The notes under the pieces were generated by a model. That model had not been told where the DNA came from. It ran no database searches and saw only the letters and a program-made list of their open reading frames with translations. This document shows, in pieces, positions 30,441 through 39,539 of a stretch of 64,000 nt of DNA (position 1 is its first letter; every line of letters starts with the position of its first letter). Origin of the DNA: a bacterium (GTDB lineage: Bacteria > SAR324 > NAC60-12); assembly GCA_965205865.1 (NCBI GenBank), contig CBDBHR010000026.1, positions 160,001 to 224,000 of the forward strand, read 5' to 3'. The position numbers and the translations under genes are program-made.

Positions 30441-33415
30441 CTGCTCCCGTTCTAGAGGGCATCGCCCAAAAACCGAACTATGGGGACCTGCCCGAAACCT
30501 GGCGAGTGCCGGAGATTGAGCGCTTCTCAGCGCAGAAGACACTTTACGACTACCAACAAGACACGCTGAGAAACGCGGCGCGGGCGCTATATCTCTACTA
30601 CGGAAAAGAAGGCGACGACTACCAACCCGCCGAACCAAAGGACGCCAATGACAGGCGAAAACAGAGCTTTGCCAGGCAATACGGCTCCTCCTCAATTGAT
30701 CAGTTCTCCGTAAAGAAATACGAAAGCCGGGCAGACCGTCAAAATCAACGACAAAACCCCGTTTTCCGCATTCAGTCCGAATTCATCACCTCGCATGGCG
30801 AAGAAATTTCATATACCCGGCTCATCAACCGCATGTGTTTCTGGCTGGCGACCGGCAGCGGGAAAACGCTGGTGATGGTGAAATTGATCGAACACCTGCA
30901 CCGGTTACGGGAACGCGGAGAAATTCCGAATCACAACCTGCTTGTCCTCGCCCCAAGCGATCATCTCATAGGGCAAATTCGCCGGACTGTCGAGGAATTC
31001 AATCAATCCGGGCTTTACATAAATCTGATTCCTCTACGGGATAGCGGGAAAACAATTCAAAGGCGGCTGGGAGATTATGCAACCGTCTATTATCACCGCA
31101 GCGACAATATATCCGACGTGCAGAAAGAAGCCTTGATCGATTACCGGCGCTATGAAAATGGCGGCAAGTGGTACGTTCTGCTGGATGAGGCTCACAAAGG
31201 CGGCAAAGAAGATTCAAAACGGCAGGCGTATTACGCGGTTATGGCGCGCGAAGGTTTTTTGTTCAATTTCTCGGCGACGTTCACCGACCCCGAAGATATC
31301 GTCACCAGCGTCAAGAAATACAATCTGGAGGAATTCATCAAAAACGGACATGGCAAAAACATCTACCTTAATGAGAATGAATACGACGCTTTCAGCAACA
31401 GACAAGCAGAAATCAGCCATGAGGAAAGGCGGAAAATCGTCTTGAAATCACTGATCTCCCTGGCCTTCGTCTCCCTGCGGATTGCGGAACTGCGCCGGGA
31501 TACCAGTTTGGACAATCTGTACCACTTGCCCCTTATGCTGACCCTGGTCAACTCGGTGAATACCAACGTTGAAAATGAAAAGAACGACTTGTGGGCATTT
31601 TTTCAAACCTTGCGAGAAATCGCTACGGGAGAAATCGATGGATCGCTATTCCGGATATCAAAAGAGGAATTGGCGTATGAATGGACAAACCGGATGCTTC
31701 TTTTCGGAGGAGATAGCGGGGGAATTAACGGAATCGATGAAAAGGCCATCAAGGATATGGAAATTGCCAGTGTGCGTGAGAGGATTTTCTCGAGTCGTGG
31801 TAAAAGCGCGTTACAACTGATCCGCAGCAAGGACAACAAAGAACTCGCCTTCCAGATGAAAAATGCGGATGCCCCGTTCGCGCTTATTCGCATAGGAGAC
31901 ACTTCCAAATGGCGCAACAATCTCCTGGCGGGTTTTGACGAAACCCGGACTCTAGAGGAGAAGTCTTTCTTTGACGAACTGGAACACAGCAGTATCACGA
32001 TTCTAATGGGTTCCCGTTCGTTCTTTGAAAGCTGGGACTCCAACCGTCCCAACGTCATCAATTTCATCAACATCGGTGGAACGGACGCAAAAAAGTTTGT
32101 CGTGCAATCCGTCGGGCGTGGCGTACGCATTGAAACCCTGCCGAACCAACGTCAACGTTGCGTTTTTCTACTGGACAGCAACGCAGGAAAGACACTGCAA
32201 ATCCATCACAACAAAGTGCAACCTGCTGAAACGCTTTTCCTTTTCGCCACCAACCGCGGGGCGATCAAGTCCGTTCTCGAAGGACTGCAAGCGGAAAGAA
32301 GTGACGTTTTTGAAAATATCACGGGCTTCACTCAAACCCCGAGACCGAAAATAAACGGGCAGGAGATGTCGCTTCTCGTTCCCGAATACAGAGAGAGCAA
32401 GGATCGTGTTACAGGACAGGCAGAATTTGCTTTGAGCTGCAAAACCCTGAATCGCTTCAAAAAATGGTTGCGCCACACATCCGGCTCGGTGCTGGCCGTG
32501 CGGGACAACCTGTCGAGTCGGGAAATAAAAACACTGCAAGGGGTCATGGAAGGCCGGAACGTTCAAATAAGAGCAGAGAAAAACTATACCAGCCTTCCCT
32601 TCCTGCAAAGTCGACTTATCTCCCATTTTTCCCAAACAAATCAAATTGCCGATACGGTGCGGGAATTGGATGAGCAAGAGGACATTGTGCATTTCCGACA
32701 AATCCGGGTGCGGTTGGACCAAGCGGAAAAGAAGGACTTGCGGGAAAAGATCAGGGCCGTGGCAAAGGGTGGTATTTCCGCAACAGAAAAGAAAAAAAGG
32801 GCACGTCAATTTGCAAATGGCAAAATCGTCAGTGAAGAGTATGAAAGATACCTGAGCGGAAAGTCTGAAGAAACATTCAAAAGCTTGAAGTTAAAACACG
32901 TACCCGAGCATTACTATGTTCCTCTGGTTGTCGCGAAGCATGGAATAGTCGACTTTATTCAGCACATTATCCGGGAACAAAGTGAAGTGCAGTTTCTAAA
33001 TCATCTGGAACAATGGCTGTCAAGCAACAAACCGGAATGGGATGCCTGGATGTTCAGCAAAATCGACGAATCTCTGGACAAGATTCACATACCCTATTAC
33101 GACGCCTCCACCAATGAATACGCTCGTTTCTTTCCCGATTTCATTTTCTGGATGTGTAAGGAGAACGACTATCAGATTGTTTTTGTCGACCCCAAGGGAA
33201 CGGAACACAAATCCGCGTATCTCAAAATAGACGGCTATCAAAAACTGTTTGAAGAAAACGGCAAAAGACGCAAGTTCCAATATCAAGAATATCGGGTCAG
33301 CGTCGCACTTTGGATGTTCAACAAGGAAGATACCGTACCAGCTGCTTACAAACGTTTTTGGACAAACAGTCCAGCAGATATTTTCGCCTTTGCTCCTACC
33401 CGACGGGTCAAGTGA
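30437..33415 (+). CDS. res: Type III restriction enzyme Res subunit (SF2 helicase + PD-(D/E)xK nuclease)
   Basis: ATGSGKT, LDEAH, FSAT, QSVGRGVR, PDFIFW...FVDPK. Confidence 0.88.
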   Translation: MTAPVLEGIAQKPNYGDLPETWRVPEIERFSAQKTLYDYQQDTLRNAARALYLYYGKEGDDYQPAEPKDANDRRKQSFARQYGSSSIDQFSVKKYESRADRQNQRQNPVFRIQSEFITSHGEEISYTRLINRMCFWLATGSGKTLVMVKLIEHLHRLRERGEIPNHNLLVLAPSDHLIGQIRRTVEEFNQSGLYINLIPLRDSGKTIQRRLGDYATVYYHRSDNISDVQKEALIDYRRYENGGKWYVLLDEAHKGGKEDSKRQAYYAVMAREGFLFNFSATFTDPEDIVTSVKKYNLEEFIKNGHGKNIYLNENEYDAFSNRQAEISHEERRKIVLKSLISLAFVSLRIAELRRDTSLDNLYHLPLMLTLVNSVNTNVENEKNDLWAFFQTLREIATGEIDGSLFRISKEELAYEWTNRMLLFGGDSGGINGIDEKAIKDMEIASVRERIFSSRGKSALQLIRSKDNKELAFQMKNADAPFALIRIGDTSKWRNNLLAGFDETRTLEEKSFFDELEHSSITILMGSRSFFESWDSNRPNVINFINIGGTDAKKFVVQSVGRGVRIETLPNQRQRCVFLLDSNAGKTLQIHHNKVQPAETLFLFATNRGAIKSVLEGLQAERSDVFENITGFTQTPRPKINGQEMSLLVPEYRESKDRVTGQAEFALSCKTLNRFKKWLRHTSGSVLAVRDNLSSREIKTLQGVMEGRNVQIRAEKNYTSLPFLQSRLISHFSQTNQIADTVRELDEQEDIVHFRQIRVRLDQAEKKDLREKIRAVAKGGISATEKKKRARQFANGKIVSEEYERYLSGKSEETFKSLKLKHVPEHYYVPLVVAKHGIVDFIQHIIREQSEVQFLNHLEQWLSSNKPEWDAWMFSKIDESLDKIHIPYYDASTNEYARFFPDFIFWMCKENDYQIVFVDPKGTEHKSAYLKIDGYQKLFEENGKRRKFQYQEYRVSVALWMFNKEDTVPAAYKRFWTNSPADIFAFAPTRRVK

Positions 33416-33463
33416 TATTGGATTCCGCGGGGGTCTTTTCGGATTATCCAAATAGGGTTGGGG

Positions 33464-33665
33464 GCCGGGTAGAACCAGTGGTTGCCCAACCAGTCCCCCG
33501 CAGATCCGTACTTGAACAATTCGCTCATACGATTCCTCGGTAATTAGAGGTATTGGTACGCCTTTAACGCATAACTTTACTACCCTGCAAGCCTGTTTAG
33601 ACGTCGTGAACCCTTGGCTTGCTCTGCAATCTGTCGAAGTTTTGTTGAGATAGTTTTTTGAAATC
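33464..33665 (-). pseudogene. Group II intron remnant: domains V-VI joined to a few RT N-terminal codons
   Basis: GAGGAATCGTATGAGCGAATTGTTCAAGTACGGATCTGCGGGGG...GGGCAACC...TCTACCCGGC; upstream ISTKLRQIAEQA. Confidence 0.7.
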
Positions 33666-33701
33666 AAAGTTTGATAGTATTTTAAAACTGTTTAAATTGA
33701 T

Positions 33702-34330
33702 CTAAACAACGACTCCAAACTCATAACGATTCACAAATAATTCAATGACAATATCATGCATTTGCCGAGATTTAGAGAAACAAATGGTTTTACGGGCTAA
33801 CCTTTTAATTCGAGTCTGCAAAGTGAGGTGTTTTCTCTCAATTTTTTGCGTATTTCTTTTTCCGATCTGATGTTTATCCGGGTCGAGGTCTCGCTCGCAG
33901 GCTCCCCAATCATTGCTATAAAAACATGGAATGTCATAGGGTTTGAGGAGTTGTTTCAGCTTGAGAAAAACTTCATCTTTTCGGCTTTCTGAGGCATAGG
34001 CTGAGACTTGACCTGTTTTGTGATCAATGGCGTGCCACAGCCAGCGCTGCTGTTGTTTCTTTCCTACAAAACTCCACATCTCATCCATTTCAGCCTCTTC
34101 GACTTTGACAATCTTGATTGTCACTTCATTGGGGGCGAGTTGATGGAGTAAATTCAGATTCACCGAATCGAGATCGGATTCTTTTTTTAATTCATTAATG
34201 ACGGTGGCAGTGCTGATCCCTGGAACCCACCGGGTATTGGGCCAATCCCCACGGCTCACTGCTCAAGCAATCCCCCAAAAGTTCGTAGAGGATCAACAAC
34301 GTTTGACAGTTTATCACTTGATGATGAGAC
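33702..34330 (-). pseudogene. Degraded IS1-family transposase (InsB part readable)
   Basis: EMDEMWSFVGKK, RWLWHAID, IERKHLTLQTRIKRLARKTICFSKS; A-run at ELKK. Confidence 0.85.
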
Positions 34331-34369
34331 AAAAGATAACGAACGTGAGGGGGTGGTTCCTGGTTGGGA

Positions 34370-35335
34370 TCAGGGTGCGGTGGTCGCCCCATACCTTTTC
34401 CCCACGGTTTCTTTCCGCAGTATAGCCAATTCAGCGGCCAGTGCCTCTCTGCCGGCCTGCGCTTCCGGGTCCGAGGGGTAGCAGGCAAGCTCCGTTGCAA
34501 CGTCACCGGCGACTCGCGTTCCGATCATGACGCGAGCCTTGCTATAGTCGTAGGGGTTTGCGCGATGCAGGAGGACCCGGTTGTCCCAGAGGAGCGCGTC
34601 ACCTTTTTGCCATTTGTGGGTATAAACCCGGCTTTTATCCGAAACGGCAAAGTCGAGCAGGGACGTCAACAACTCCCGGCTTTCTGTTCGAGTAAGGCCG
34701 TGAATACCAAAGGCGTGGCGGCCGATAAACAGGTTCTTGACACCGGTCTCCGGATGGATTTTGACCAAGGGCCGCAGGTAGGCTTCGCCGTGATAGATAC
34801 CGTCCTTTTCCTGAGGCGGGAAGTCGCCCACATCGTTTGCCTGAGAGTATTGGGTGGAATGGTAGGCGCTCAGGTCGCGTATGCGCTCTTTGGCGCCCTC
34901 ATCGAGAGCGGCGTAAGCCGCGCGCATGTCGGCTAGTTCGGTTTCACCGCCTTCCTCCGTCACTGCCACTGCGGATAGGATAGCGCACTTGCTGCTCACC
35001 GGCTTCCAAGTCGAATCCGTGTGCCAGAATTCGTTGCCCACATTGGTGCGCATTCTCTGCGTATCCAGATCGAGAATCTCGCTATAGGACCCATCTTCGT
35101 GTTTTTGCTGATTAGCAAAGGAACTAGCGCCAAACTCCAGCTCGCCAAACCGTTCCCCGAAATGAATGCTCTCTTCGTCAGTTAAAAACTGGGCAGGAAA
35201 CAGCAGGAAACCGAACTTCAGGAAGGCAGCCTTTACCTTTGAGAATTCGGCGTCACTGAGGTTGTTCAGTTTGACATTTGTGACAACGGCACCGAACCCT
35301 TTGTTTTCGATGGGGGTTATTGTTATTTGGCTCAT
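34370..35335 (-). CDS. TauD/TfdA-family Fe(II)/2-oxoglutarate dioxygenase
   Basis: WHTDS, GGETELADMRAAY, WDNRVLLHRA. Confidence 0.92.
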   Translation of the reverse strand: MSQITITPIENKGFGAVVTNVKLNNLSDAEFSKVKAAFLKFGFLLFPAQFLTDEESIHFGERFGELEFGASSFANQQKHEDGSYSEILDLDTQRMRTNVGNEFWHTDSTWKPVSSKCAILSAVAVTEEGGETELADMRAAYAALDEGAKERIRDLSAYHSTQYSQANDVGDFPPQEKDGIYHGEAYLRPLVKIHPETGVKNLFIGRHAFGIHGLTRTESRELLTSLLDFAVSDKSRVYTHKWQKGDALLWDNRVLLHRANPYDYSKARVMIGTRVAGDVATELACYPSDPEAQAGREALAAELAILRKETVGKRYGATTAP

Positions 35336-35420
35336 GTGACTCTGCATCCTTTTGATGGTGATAGGAAAATCAATTTTCACAAAACGTAACTATTCAGGTC
35401 TCTTAAGAACCCGTATAGTT

Positions 35421-35675
35421 AACCTGAGTTCGACATAAATCTTCAATAATATGAGTATCCTAGTTTATATGTCATCCTCGCGAAACTTATCCCCGCCAAA
35501 CTTGTCCTCGCGAAAGCGGGGAGCGGGAATCCGGATTTCAATCTGGCTGCATACCTCCGGATTCCTGCTCCCTGCTTTCGCAGGGACAAGCTTTGCAAGA
35601 ATGACAAGGTTTCTCTAAGATATGAAGATTCTATAACATATTGAATTTATTAAATTCTTATCTCGAACTCAGGTT
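35421..35675. mobile_element. MITE carrying a nested REP-like palindrome
   Basis: TIRs AACCTGAGTTCGA / TCGAACTCAGGTT; internal GTCATCCTCGCGAAA...GGGAATCC / GGATTCC...GAATGAC. Confidence 0.7.
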
Positions 35676-35678
35676 AGT

Positions 35679-35887
35679 TAGTGCTTGGCCGAAAATTAGA
35701 TAACTACATGATATTTAATGGTATTCACCTATTTTCAAGAAACGAAGATTTTGGGGAAACTCATCAAAAATCCCATTTTTTGCTGATTTTGGCCATCTGA
35801 ACACTGTATCAAACAAATCTTCATCCTGTGAAATTGAAGAAATATCATTTAATATCAGCAATTTGACTATTTTTCTGCCAAGCACTA
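35679..35887. mobile_element. Second MITE abutting the first
   Basis: TIRs TAGTGCTTGGCCGAAAA / TTTTCTGCCAAGCACTA. Confidence 0.7.
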
Positions 35888-36787
35888 GTTAAATAAAGTT
35901 GGAAAAATTCACGGGGGGATCCATCGTTTTGACGTCCTCCCATGATATTGTTCAATCAATCGGTTGGGAAGCCTCTCCTTCCCTAAAACAACAAGACATG
36001 ATCTTGGCACTATTACTTAATTACTACGCAGGGTCAAGCCCCAAATGAAAAAAATGCGGAATTCGTAAAAAAAAATAATAAATAATAAATCCGGGAGATC
36101 CACTCCTTTATGATATGGATAAAGCAAATGGAGCTATTGGGGAACAAATACGGAAGATTAAAAAAATTCCTTAAGCAAGTCAGAATCAGGAGGATTGCGT
36201 AACAATGGAGGTCAGCTATAAAAAATCTTTAGCGGTCCATCTTCGGCATGAGCCAAAAAGCGAAGATAGGGGTCAAGCCTTTTTTTGCTTTCTATTGCAA
36301 TAATACGTAACAACCAAAAGCAACCCGATGTCTGTGGTACTATGTCATGTGTCGGTGTGGATTATCGAAATCGGACCCTTTCGAGGTCCGGTATCTTTGA
36401 GGATGGCGTTTTCCATATTGATAATGGGGGCGTTATAATTGACAAACCGGCTGATGAATGCGCCCTTTTTCTCATGAATCCCGGAATTTGGATAGATTCC
36501 CGAATGAGAGTTTTCCCATCTGCGTCAACCACTTCAATGTCGCCATTTTCAAAGAGAGCGCATTGTTGCTTTCCAATGAACAGAAACAGGAAGCCCACAG
36601 GGTCTTGGAGATTGATACAAATTGATACAAATTGTTACACGCAGGATAAACTTTTTTCTGGGGTTTTGTTATCCTGAAAAGAAACGAGACTCCTTCGGAC
36701 ATCCTGAAAAAAAAGCTGAATTCTCTTGCATTTGCTTACTATAATTTTTATTTTACCAAACCATCTTTCAAACTGATTGAAACAGGA

Positions 36788-38425
36788 ATGCGCATCATCA
36801 CAAACGGAAGCCTCCGGAGCAACAGGCCACACAAGAATCGGCTGAGGCAACTATACTCTATTTTTATTGTGGCATCGTTTCTGGTTTTTTCTGCGTCAAT
36901 TTTACAGGCACAGGAAACAAGCAGAAATGCTCTTCTGAAAAAATTATTAAACTTCCCAGGCTTGGAGTTTGTGGAAATAGAGAACCGTCAGATTGTCAAG
37001 CCCACCCTGAAAGCTACTTTGCAGTTGGTTTTGGAATTCAATTCCACCATCCAATCAGCTCTTCTGGCAGAAGAAATTGCCACCAGTGCCCTGCGGTCGG
37101 CAGAAAAGCGCAACAATCCGGTTCTGAAACATTCCTTCAGTTTAAATCGAACGGTTGATGCCTCTTTCAACTCTTCCGGTGACACGCCTCCTTCTTTGAA
37201 CGTCAATCTCAACGATTCCCATACTTTATCTTCCCGGTTGTCCCAAAAAGTGTCCAACGGGGTAAGCTATTCGGCCACATTTTCCGAAAGAACCAACCAG
37301 CGCAGAAGTTTCACGCTCCTGGAGGAGGGCAAGCTGGAAAAGAGGGGAGAGGCAAATGATCCTTTGGTTTCTTCTTCTTTGATTTTGGGCATTTCAGTGC
37401 CCATCTACCAGGATTGGGGAAGCATCAACGAAATCCCGGTCATGCGGAGCAGAGTGGGGGTGCAGATGAGCAAAGTGAGTACCAACCAGACCAAACTACG
37501 GATCCTGGAAGTATTCGCCCGCATTTATTGGGATTTGGCAGGACTGTGGAAAACCCGAGAACTCCTTACAAACGCTATCACGCTGGCCCAGCAACTCGTC
37601 CGGGAAAACCGGGTTCGTTTGGAGGCGGGAGTGATCACAACAGTGGATCTCAAGCAAAGTGAAATCCAGCTGTTCAGAACCCAACAGCAACTGCTGGAAA
37701 TCGACAACCAAATTCGTACGATAGAAGATCAAGTCAAAGTCGCATTGCATCTGGAAGACCTGCCCCATGGCATTTTACCAAGAGATACCCCACAAATGCG
37801 ACAAATACGCTTCCAATTTAAAGAAGAACTGCAGAAAGTCTGGGAGAATTCGTTGGAATTGAAGGCATTGGAGGCTCAGATCCAAAACAACGACTATGAT
37901 TTGCAAGACGCCTTGAACCAGGACGCGCCTGATCTGGATTTGAATTTAAGCTATACTTTTCAAGGTGTTGGGGGTGATTTTTCCAGGACTTTTGAAACGT
38001 ATGACCAACCTCTGGCACATGGGTATCATATCGAGTTGACCTGGTCGATGCCTTTGTTTGACCACAAAACACCGGAGTTGATCAAACGGAAAAAACTGGA
38101 GCGTACGCAATTGCAAATTCAGAAGGCCAATCTGAAAGACGATTTGTTGATCGAGTTGAAAACCATAGATCGTAATCTGCGATTTACCGAGCAAGACATC
38201 AGTAACGCCGTAGCGATTCGCGAATTGGCCCATGACGTGCTAAGGCAGGAAGTCGAAAAACAGGAACTTGGCCAAAGTACGGGTTTTCAAGTGGCCCAGG
38301 CCCAGCAGGAGTTGATTGCTGCTCAAAGCAGCGAGATTCAAAGCCTGATTAATCAAGAAAAAATTCACTTGTCCTTAATAATCCTCACAGGGGATATATT
38401 TGAACGGTTTCAAATTCCCCGTTAA
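36788..38425 (+). CDS. TolC-family outer membrane efflux protein
   Basis: Two OEP-like helical repeats (ARIYWDL, RLEAGVIT, ELGQST); first gene of an MFP-RND operon. Confidence 0.82.
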   Translation: MRIITNGSLRSNRPHKNRLRQLYSIFIVASFLVFSASILQAQETSRNALLKKLLNFPGLEFVEIENRQIVKPTLKATLQLVLEFNSTIQSALLAEEIATSALRSAEKRNNPVLKHSFSLNRTVDASFNSSGDTPPSLNVNLNDSHTLSSRLSQKVSNGVSYSATFSERTNQRRSFTLLEEGKLEKRGEANDPLVSSSLILGISVPIYQDWGSINEIPVMRSRVGVQMSKVSTNQTKLRILEVFARIYWDLAGLWKTRELLTNAITLAQQLVRENRVRLEAGVITTVDLKQSEIQLFRTQQQLLEIDNQIRTIEDQVKVALHLEDLPHGILPRDTPQMRQIRFQFKEELQKVWENSLELKALEAQIQNNDYDLQDALNQDAPDLDLNLSYTFQGVGGDFSRTFETYDQPLAHGYHIELTWSMPLFDHKTPELIKRKKLERTQLQIQKANLKDDLLIELKTIDRNLRFTEQDISNAVAIRELAHDVLRQEVEKQELGQSTGFQVAQAQQELIAAQSSEIQSLINQEKIHLSLIILTGDIFERFQIPR

Positions 38426-38472
38426 CCTTGTCCTCGCGAAAGCGGGGAATGAACCTCCATTCAGGAAGTATT

Positions 38473-39531
38473 ATGAAATCAAGAGTTGTATTAAAGAAAC
38501 TGGCGATAATTGCTGTTACGCTGAGCATGGCCTCAGGCGTTATGGCGCAAAGTAAATCGATCACCAATGTGGAAACCCTGGAATTGGCATCCCGTCAATT
38601 GACCGTGCATAGTTCTTATGTAGGACATCTCCAACCGCTGGAGCGCGTTGTGATTCGTGCCGAAGCAGAAGGGATTATCGAAAAAATATATTTCGATGAG
38701 GGACAACCCGTGAAAAAAGGGAATACTCTTGTTGATATCTCGACCGAACGCCTGGCGCTGAACGTCAAACTGGCCAAAGCCAACTATGATCTGGCGGAAT
38801 CAGATTATAAAACGGAAAAGCTCCTCTTTGATCGCAACGTAGCTACGGCCGCAAATGTCGATTCCAGGCGCACCAACCGTGACGTGAGAAAGATCAACTT
38901 GGAACTGGCCCAGTTGGATTTGGATAAATCCCATGTCAAAGCCTCTATTTCCGGAGTCGTCAAAACCAAACATCTGGATGAAGGAGAACTCGCCAATCGA
39001 GGAGGCAATCTTTTCGAAATCATGGACATCTCGAAAGTTTTGGCTGCAATCAATATTCCCGAAAGAGAAATACGATTTGTTTCTCCTCAGAAAGAAGTGA
39101 AGATTCGGATTGACGCCATTCCGGGAACGGTATTCAATGGAACGGTGCATACCCTTGGATTGGAAGCGGATTTGCAAAATCGCAGTTTCCCGGCCGAAAT
39201 CCTGCTCGACAATCCCACTCGTCAGTTGCTCCCTGGCATGATGGCCCGAGTGGAAATGGTCACCATGGCTGAACCCAGCGAGATCATTATTCCCAGCTAT
39301 GCCATCCTGGAACGGGAAGCAAATCGCATCGTCTTTATCGAGAAGAATGGAATGGCGATCGAAAGACCGGTCATTTTGGGCACTGTCGTTAAAGATGAAG
39401 TACAAGTCCTTTCCGGATTGCAAAGTGGCGACAAACTGATTGTCACCGGTCAGCATTTCCTGACCAATGAAGAAAAGGTCACTGTGGTGAAAGCATTTAA
39501 GCAAAAACCAGAAACTCCTAGTTCCAAGTAG
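38473..39531 (+). CDS. RND efflux periplasmic adaptor (MFP)
   Basis: FDEGQPVKKG, ASISGVV, LLPGMMARV, SGLQSGDKLIVTG. Confidence 0.92.
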   Translation: MKSRVVLKKLAIIAVTLSMASGVMAQSKSITNVETLELASRQLTVHSSYVGHLQPLERVVIRAEAEGIIEKIYFDEGQPVKKGNTLVDISTERLALNVKLAKANYDLAESDYKTEKLLFDRNVATAANVDSRRTNRDVRKINLELAQLDLDKSHVKASISGVVKTKHLDEGELANRGGNLFEIMDISKVLAAINIPEREIRFVSPQKEVKIRIDAIPGTVFNGTVHTLGLEADLQNRSFPAEILLDNPTRQLLPGMMARVEMVTMAEPSEIIIPSYAILEREANRIVFIEKNGMAIERPVILGTVVKDEVQVLSGLQSGDKLIVTGQHFLTNEEKVTVVKAFKQKPETPSSK

Positions 39532-39539
39532 CGGCAGTC

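Noticed and set aside
36285-36702. ORFs of 76-130 aa upstream of tolC, possibly a RAYT relic (GGGTCAAGCC motifs nearby)
   Set aside because: No convincing motif in any frame; cannot be supported by eye.
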